64,000 nucleotides of DNA, taken from assembly GCA_964016885.1 (NCBI GenBank), contig OZ024742.1, positions 118,544,001-118,608,000 on the forward strand, read 5' to 3'. Both the position numbers and the translations under genes were made by a program. A model generated the notes under the pieces. The model was given only the letters and a program-made list of their open reading frames with translations. It made no database searches and had not been told where the DNA came from. Below, piece by piece: positions 54,485-64,000 of this stretch (positions are counted from its first letter, which is position 1; each line of letters begins with the position of its first letter). Source of the DNA: Eledone cirrhosa (Eukaryota).

Positions 54485-55275
54485 TTCTTTTTCTTTTTCT
54501 TTTTCTTTTTCTTTTTCTTTTTCTTTTTCTTTTTCTTTTTCTTTTTCTTTTTCTTTTTCTTTTTCTTTTTCTTTTTCTTTTTCTTCTTCTTCTTCGCCTA
54601 CTTATTCATGAAAATGTCTGGGGGCAGAGTCCTCAAACACAACTACCTGCTGATCAGAAGCAGCTGTCTCCAACTGATCCGGCTCGATCCCCAAGCGTGA
54701 CCATCCTGCTCCGGGTCTACTCCTGGGTCTCTTGCTAGTTGGTTTTGTCCGTAAAATCTGTGCAACGATTCTTCCTTGAGACTTTTTAACCACATCCCCA
54801 TAGTACCTGAACTGTGAACTCTCAGTTCAGAGAAGTAGCGGCTCTACCTGAAGTGACTCCCTGATCCGCGAGCTACGCACTCTATCGAGTCACATTATTC
54901 CAATGGCACTTCAGAGGAACCCCATTTCGGCCGCTTGTATTCGCGATCGTATTCTTTCGATCATTACCCAAGATTTATGACCATATGTAAGGGTTGGCAC
55001 AAATGCCGAATTGAAGTTAGCGAATTTGGCTTTTCCACCTACCTCCTTTCTTCTGATTACCGACTGCTGAAGATGGCGAATTACTGCACCAGCACCTGCA
55101 ATTCTTTCACTTAATTAACCCTCCTGCCTTTCATAACTTGTAAATTCAGAGCCGAGATACTTGAACTTCTCCACCTACTTCAGAGAAACTCCATTCACGT
55201 GCAAAGTTCACCTAGCCGGTATCTTTGACAGGTGTGTGTCACTTTTTGCAGCACGGATTTTCATACAGCATTGAA
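54485..55275 (-). mobile_element. RTE-like LINE 3' fragment with expanded (AAAAAG)n tail
   Basis: Collinear with 39172-39705; encodes VEKFKYLGS-like and AEMGFL-like motifs. Confidence 0.78.
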
Positions 55276-55541
55276 CATCAAAAATAAAATAAATTTATAA
55301 AGTTATAAATAGTGCAGAAAGTAATCGGAGTGATGAGCAACAACGCGTGAAGTTTTATAAAAGCTGACAATAGAGCTTCATTTAGGCATGAGATTGACCC
55401 TATTCTCGATAAGTTGAAACCAAACGCTTCACTCCAGCGCCGACTGCTACACGGGTGAGATAAGTTTATGTATTTCATATTTAGGTTGAATCGCGCTGAC
55501 ATTTGAATTAAAATTAAAATTGAAATCACATGTTAACGGCG

Positions 55542-55645
<104 letters not shown>

Positions 55646-55780
55646 TCTGTATGTGTAAATAAAAAAAATAAGAGTTGGTCTTCACAAATCGTCGTTTGCT
55701 GATTATTGAAGAGTCAGACAAATGATTACATAACTAAATATTATTGGTATTGAGTAATCTATGTCGCTGTTGGTTGTAAA

Positions 55781-55950
<170 letters not shown>

Positions 55951-56690
55951 TAAATATATATATATGTGTGTGTGTGTGTATAGATATAGATATTTATGTG
56001 TGTATATATATATATATATGTGTGTGTATATATATGTATATATGTATATATGTATATATATGCATATATATACATATATATGCATATATGTGTGTGTATA
56101 TATATATATATATGCATATATATATATGTGTGTGTGTGTATGTGTTTTTGCATTCCTGTGTTTGTTTTGTTTTATTGCATTTATTAACTATATATATAAA
56201 TATACAATAAAGTATGTCCATATATATATACATACTTATATAGATACATAGATACATACATGCATACTTATGTACGCAGACATTCATAAATACTCACACA
56301 CACAAATACATATATAAATATACTTACATATATATGTACGTACATACACGACAATAGCAGTAGTCTCCACACCATTAAAACTAAGGAAAAGTGGTGGAAA
56401 AATCAAATGTAACCCCAACAAACTTGATATCGTGTTTACATACCTGTGAAGGTGTGTGGTTTAGTGGTTAGGGCGTTAGACTCATTGTCATGCTTTGTTT
56501 GTATTCTTGAACAAGACACTATATTTCCTATATCCATACATATATACATATATACATATATACATATATACATATATACATATATACGTATATACGTACG
56601 ACCTCACTTACATGACTGCCTCGCTACTATTGTCAAAATACTAATGAAAGAGGCTTGTTTCCGGTTCTTTTAAATAAAACGAAATCGTAC

Positions 56691-56725
<35 letters not shown>

Positions 56726-56900
56726 AACGAGTAGGACCCCGACGGCTGAGCTCAAGCCGTTTCGGCCGCTAATTCTCAGCCGTCGGGGTCCTACTCGTTC
56801 CTATTACCCACTCTACTACCCTAAGTATTGAGTACTTTGGTGCGTTATGGTCCATCTGGTTCCTTACCACATTTCCTTCGTTATATATATGTTTTAGGTA

Positions 56901-56982
56901 ATAACATCTCTGTCTGATGAACGATCCAGACGTATATTAAGATTGTCTAGGGTCCTGAAACCTTTGGTAATGGAATAGTTAT
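56901..56982 (+). ncRNA. Type I hammerhead ribozyme
   Basis: UCUGU-CUGAUGA-ACGAUCCAGAC..GUCUAGGGUCCU-GAAA-CC uuu GG-UA-AUGGA; stem I is wobble-rich and extended by AUAAC/GUUAU. Confidence 0.7.
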
Positions 56983-57536
56983 ATATTGTGTTGTTCACTT
57001 TCTAATTAAATATAAAATATATATATATGGTTGCTAAACACGGGATGGTTGCTTAATACGGGATGTTTGTTTACAAACACACCGAGCATTATAATAAATG
57101 TTCGGTGAATCGTACATATATATATGTGTGCATGTATGTATATCTATATATACATACTACTGTACGTCTGTATACATATATCTATGTACGTGTACATACT
57201 TATATTTAAGTAACAGCCGTACTAAGAGTGGGAAATGAAATTTCGTTTCATTTTTTCCGTTTATATATATAGATAAAAATAGATAAATATATATATATAT
57301 ATGTGTATATATATATATATCTAGGCGATCGACTTTCGTCAAATCGGACCGAGGAAACAATGTTTCCGTTGGTCTTTCCAATTGCTAATACTATCTATCG
57401 GTCGCAACTCCAGGTAGAAGGAGCAACGTGAAATAAAGTGTCTTGCTCAAGGACATAACGCATCGCCTGGTCCAGGAATCGAACTCACAACTTCACGATT
57501 GCGAATCCAATTCCCTAACCATTCAGCCACACGCCT

Positions 57537-57626
<90 letters not shown>

Positions 57627-57633
57627 CCACACG

Positions 57634-57783
<150 letters not shown>

Positions 57784-58247
57784 GTTCTCCTACATGGATA
57801 TAAAGTAGTGGCCGTACTCGAAAACGAGTTGGCAGCCACCACCATATATATATATATATATAATAGTATATTTTAGAGTGAAATGACAGGGAGGCCGGAC
57901 AGATTGAATTCTTTCAAATATTTATTTCTGTAAATACTATCCACATATCAGTGGCCATGTTATATAGTAATAATAATAAATTTGAAGACTAAAATCCAAA
58001 GAGGGCTCGATAAGGATAAATATATATCAGATATATAAGAACAGTAGAGCAAATATTAAACTGTTATTTTAATAAATATATATATTTTAATTATGTCTCA
58101 TCTAAAATAATACAACTGGCTATCCGCAAAATACGTATAGTTAGCACCCTAAACGTATAATTGGGATTATACTAAGGTATATCCTAATGTTTGTTGAGTG
58201 AGACGGAAGCCGGTCGGAGTATTGCTTAAAGCTTTCTCTGTTAATGT

Positions 58248-58301
<54 letters not shown>

Positions 58302-58455
58302 CATTAACGGAGAAAGCTATTAGCGATACTCCGACCAAATTCCAACTCACTCAACAAACATTAGGAAATACCGGAGTATATTTCCAATTAAACGTTTGGG
58401 GTGCTAACTATATTGTATTGTGTGGATAATTGGCTGTATTATTTTATATGATATA

Positions 58456-58511
<56 letters not shown>

Positions 58512-58743
58512 CAGGGTGTCCCAAAAACTGCATATACACAGGCTGTGTATTCTAATAAATATTGCCTGTACAGGTAATCAAATTGTGTATACATTTTGGG
58601 GGACACCCTGTGTATATATGTGATGGGGGGGGAGTGTACATGCTTTACAATTTAGCCACTGAGTGACCGCTCGGTGGAAACAAATACTAAAATTCAAATT
58701 AGGAAGATAACTAACGTACGCACTAAACTGACTGACAGACATA

Positions 58744-58783
<40 letters not shown>

Positions 58784-59944
58784 TAGATAGATAAATGTAT
58801 GTGTTTGTGTGTTTGTGTGCTTGTGTGTGGGGGGGGGGGTGCTCGCTCTTTAGAGACAGCGGAAAACAGATGCTCGGAATTTCTAACTCAATAAGATTGT
58901 GTAAACAATTCAATCAATAGATTTATCTTGTAAATATGTATGGTAAGGTGTGCACATGTCTTTGTATCCTGGCGTATTAACACATTGCAAATACGTTGGA
59001 GAAATACATATAATTTTGTTTGATACTTTCTTTTGTTTGTTTAGTTTGTATGTTGTTTCTTTTTCAAATAGAAAAACCAGTACATTGGTATGAATTTTGT
59101 TTAAATATAATTTTGACCCCGCATATTTTAAGACAGTAAAAATGTAAAATTAGGTTGACTGCTGAAAAGAAACTATATAAACTGGATATATTATTTGACT
59201 AACCTTCTTATTGTCGTCAGAAATAATAACGGTTGTACTTGTGAGACACACGAATAAAATCTAGTCACTTATTGTTTAATTGTGGTCCGATTGTTTGTTG
59301 TGGCTGTTTGTTTGTTTTTTTACTTGGGCCCAATGAGGGGAACATGAACTATTACTTATCTCACTATATACAACTATTTTTGATTCCCTTATCCTGCCTA
59401 CTATTAAACTTTAAGATATTCAGTCAACCATATATAATTTCCCCCCACACATTTCTATAGTTCTATGACAAGCAACAGTTTACTGGGTTACCTTCCTACA
59501 TACATTTAAAACTAGTTTTACTGAAAGAAATATTTTCACTTCAAAATAGCTACCACTGAAATAAAAGGACAATCAATCAGTAATCATTGATAACTATGTT
59601 GTTAGAAGAAAACAAATAAAAACTAAGGAAACTGGAAATGCATATCTACATACAGGTATATACAGTAACCCCAGGTATTCGCGGGGTTACGTTCCCAGAG
59701 CACCTGCGAATAGTGAAAAACTGTGAATATTTGACGTGGTCCATAAAAATACTTATAAACGTCAAAATATAACGTAAATACGGCAAATACGGTATATTGT
59801 TATTAATAATTTAGCGTTAAAAATATTTGTATATTTACGATTCCGCCAATATGCGGTGGTTTCCACAAACAATTATTAGTTAGGTTCTAAGGAAAATTCC
59901 GCGAATAACCGGGACGGAGAATATGGACTTACACTGTATATTTA

Positions 59945-60780
59945 CACATACATACACATACATACACAACACATATATACACATACATACACATACATAC
60001 ATACACAACACATACATACACATACATACACAACACATACATGCACATACATACATACACAACACATACATACACATACATACACATACATACACAACAC
60101 ATACACAACACATACACAACACATACATACACAACACATACATACACAACACATACATACACATACATACACAACACATACATACACATACATACACAAC
60201 ACATACATTCACAACACATACATACACAACACATACATACACATACATACACAACACATACACAACACATACACAACACATACATACACAACACATACAC
60301 AACACATACACAACACATACATACACAACACATACATACACATACATACATACACATACACATACATACACAACACATACATACACAACACATACACAAC
60401 ACATACATACACAACACATACACAACACATACACAACACATACACAACACATACATACACAACACATACACAACACATACATACACAACACATACACAAC
60501 ACATACACAACACATACATACACAACACATACATACACATACATACATACACAACACATACACAACACATACACATCACATACATACACAACACATACAC
60601 AACACATACATACACAACACATACATACACATACATACAAAACACATACATACACAACACATACATACACAACACATACATACACATACATACACAACAC
60701 ATACATACACAACACATACATACACAACACATACATACACAACACATACAGACACAACACATACACAACACATACACAAC
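59945..60780. repeat. Compound ACAT/ACAAC minisatellite
   Basis: Mosaic of ACAACACAT, ACAT and AC units; source of several spurious long ORFs. Confidence 0.95.
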
Positions 60781-60946
60781 AGAGAGCGGAGGGACAGAGA
60801 GGAGACACTGATTACATAGTTATACAGTTAGCCTAAAAAGTAATATGTCAAATAACTTACTTTTCTTCTGCATGTGATTACTACAGACTAAGGGCGTTTC
60901 AGTAGAAGCATATATATACATACATATGTACCTGCATATATACATA

Positions 60947-62740
60947 CATACATGGTGGCTGCCAACTCGTTTTCGAGTACGGCCACTACTTTATATCCAT
61001 GTAGGAGAACCCCTACCGATGCGCTGAACGAGTGTGACTTTTTAGTCCAGCCAGCGACTTGAAAATTCTGATACAAACACTACACTTGTGACAATTACTG
61101 ACACATAGTACTGGGCCCATAGTACCCTGTGATGTCAAGTGCAGAGAGATCTCCAGATATAAAGCAATGCCTGTGTCGTGAAGCTTTTATAGTGAGCAAA
61201 GGCACTGCACAAAGCCAGTCCCACTCTCTTAACCAAGATGATATTTACCAAAAAGAAGAACAAGTCAACATCATTGGATACCATCAGGGTTGCAGGTGTT
61301 ATATCAGAGTTTTCCTTCTCCTAGAATTCTGCCTTGACAAAGGCTAAGGGGTCATCTCTCCTGGTAATACATACATACATACATACATACATACATACAT
61401 ACATACATACATACATACATACATACATACATGATGGCTGCCCCCTCGTTATCGAGTATGGCCATTGCACGAGAAAAAAAAAATATATATATATATATAT
61501 ATACATATATATACATATATATTAATAACAATAATAATAATAATAACATACATACATACATACACACACACATACATACATACATACATACATACATACA
61601 TACATACATACATACATACATACATACATACATACATACACATGGTGGCTGCCAACTCGTTTTCGAGTACGGCCACTACTTTATATCCATGTAGGAGAAC
61701 CCCTACCGATGCGTTGAACGAGTGTGACTTATTAGTCCAGCCAGCGACTTGAAAACTCTGATACAAACACTGCACTTGTGACAATTATTGACACATAGTG
61801 CTGGGCCCATGGTACCATGTGATGACAAGTGCAGAGAGATCTCCAGATATAAAGCAATGCCTGTGCCGTGAAGCTTTTATAGTGAGCAAAGGCACTGCAC
61901 AAAGCCAGTCCCACTCTCTTAACCAAGATGATATTTACCAAAAAGAAGAACAAGTCAACATCATTGGATACCATCAGGGTTGCAGGTGTTATATCAGAGT
62001 TTTCCTTCTCCTAGAATTCTGCCTTGACAAAGGCTAAGGGGTCATCTCTCCTGGTAATACATACATACATACATACATACATACATACATACATACATAC
62101 ATACATACATACATACATACATACATACATGATGGCTGCCCCCTCGTTATCGAGTATGGCCATTGCACGAGAAAAAAAAAAATATATATATATATATATA
62201 TACATATATATACATATATATTAATAACAATAATAATAATAATAACATACATACATACATACACACACACATACATACATACATACATACATACATACAT
62301 ACATACATACATACATACATACATACATACACATGGTGGCTGCCAACTCGTTTTCGAGTACGGCCACTACTTTATATCCATGTAGGAGAACCCCTACCGA
62401 TGCGTTGAACGAGTGTGACTTATTAGTCCAGCCAGCGACTTGAAAACTCTGATACAAACACTGCACTTGTGACAATTATTGACACATAGTGCTGGGCCCA
62501 TGGTACCATGTGATGACAAGTGCAGAGAGATCTCCAGATATAAAGCAATGCCTGTGCCGTGAAGCTTTTATAGTGAGCAAAGGCACTGCACAAAGCCAGT
62601 CCCACTCTCTTAACCAAGATGATATTTACCAAAAAGAACAAGTCAACATCATTGATTACCATCAGGGTTGCAGGTGTTATATCAGAGTTTTCCTTCTCCT
62701 AGAATTCTGCCTTGACAAAGGCTAAGGGGTCATCTCTCCC
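60947..62740. repeat. ~690-bp tandem repeat, about 2.6 units
   Basis: CATGGTGGCTGCCAACTCG at 60951, 61641 and 62332; the internal microsatellites and spacer are duplicated with the unit. Confidence 0.92.
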
Positions 62741-62993
62741 GGTGATTTTGGATGGCCAATGACTCTTAAGAGCTCCTTTGCTCTTTGACAGGTTTTGTTT
62801 TTAGTCCTGCAGGATGTCCAAAGTCACCCTCCTCACCAAGAAACCTTGGTGGGGTTGCCAGTTTATTCGCCAACGACCCGACCATGAGACAGGTTATACT
62901 GGGATACATGTTGCCAGTAGCACCAACTGGTGACCTGACATACATATACATACATACATACATACATACACACATACACATGCATGCATACAT

Positions 62994-63026
<33 letters not shown>

Positions 63027-63089
63027 TACATACATACATACATACATACATACATACATACATACATACATACATACATACACACATAC

Positions 63090-63147
<58 letters not shown>

Positions 63148-63924
63148 TGTCCCAAAAAAGATTTATACACACTTTGACTACCTGTACAGGCAATATTTAT
63201 TAGAATGCTGTTGAAGTGTGTATTTGAGAAACCTTGTGTGTGTGTGGTCGTTTGGTGTAGTAATACTACTACACCAAACGACCAGCCCTGTCCATTGTTC
63301 AATTGGTCAAATATAGATTAAAATAGGCACTCCCAAAAATTATTATTTAGATAAAATAATCCATATACTCATTGTATTCTCATTAAAAACCTTCTATATA
63401 CTTGTTTACCAGCAAATTGAATTGCCATCTGTCATATACTATCCCCTCTCTTCTTCCTTTCTTACAACTAATATAAATACTTCAATTTTTCTGAATTTTT
63501 CCAATTTATCCAATATCTCTGAAGAAGTGACAACTGATTATACATTTGCTATCGAATACTTGCTAACATTATATGATTACGCAAGCAGCGATACATAGGT
63601 ATTCCGTCTGTTACAGAAACACATGTCAATACCTAATAAATTCCTTTATAAAAGCACTTTCATTTTATATTCATCTTTTCTACATTTTCTCCGGAATATA
63701 ATTTATACTCGTTGAGCAAACCTACACGTACGCAGTTCATCTCTAACGTGACGATATATTATATTGATAACCTGGAATTTTTATATATATATATGTAAAA
63801 GTTCTATTTAAATTGTTGGGATACAACAAGCAAATATTTTTATAACTGATATAAAGCACTCAACAAATAATTGGAGTAAAAATACGATATTAACAAATGG
63901 AAACTGTATTTATAAAACCATATT

Positions 63925-63989
63925 TATTTCATTATACATATTTCAAGGACACCAAGTTAAATTATGGTGTGCTTTCATCAGATAAAATA
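63925..63989 (-). ncRNA. Type I hammerhead ribozyme (family A)
   Basis: UAUUUUAU-CUGAUGA-AAGCACACCA..UGGUGUCCUU-GAAA-UAUGUA-UA-AUGAAAUA. Confidence 0.8.
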
Positions 63990-64000
63990 TAACATAGAGC

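Noticed and set aside
59880-60819. Long ORFs (200-298 aa) on both strands
   Set aside because: Translations of a stop-free CA/CAT minisatellite; the same applies to the YI, CV, HT, MYVC and SL ORFs throughout the window

Overview
AT-rich, microsatellite-dense eukaryotic (metazoan) DNA. The repeat landscape suggests a cephalopod such as Octopus, but that is inference. The left third holds a complete 10-coding-exon SLC6 (NSS) transporter gene of the SLC6A15/17-like neutral amino acid group on the minus strand (18431->513, 729 aa when spliced, all introns GT-AG and phase-compatible). A probable first coding exon of a second, unidentified plus-strand gene lies at 44581-44760, with a candidate CCAAT/RFX X-box promoter near 34.8 kb. 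The rest is transposon-derived: a decayed near-full-length RLE non-LTR element (R4/Dong-like) in (TATG)n, CRE and RTE fragments, two tRNA-derived SINE families, MITEs, a fold-back Helitron remnant and a Penelope-like GIY-YIG fragment. The most interesting signal is a set of short, mutually dissimilar elements inserted in (TA)n tracts. Several carry type I hammerhead ribozyme motifs (six intact, plus mutated or variant copies), often as inverted arm pairs. They share a small covarying bulged hairpin (ACUC-NNN-loop-N'N'N'-UY-GAGURCU) at a consistent position relative to both insertion breakpoints. Most ORFs in the supplied track are microsatellite artefacts.
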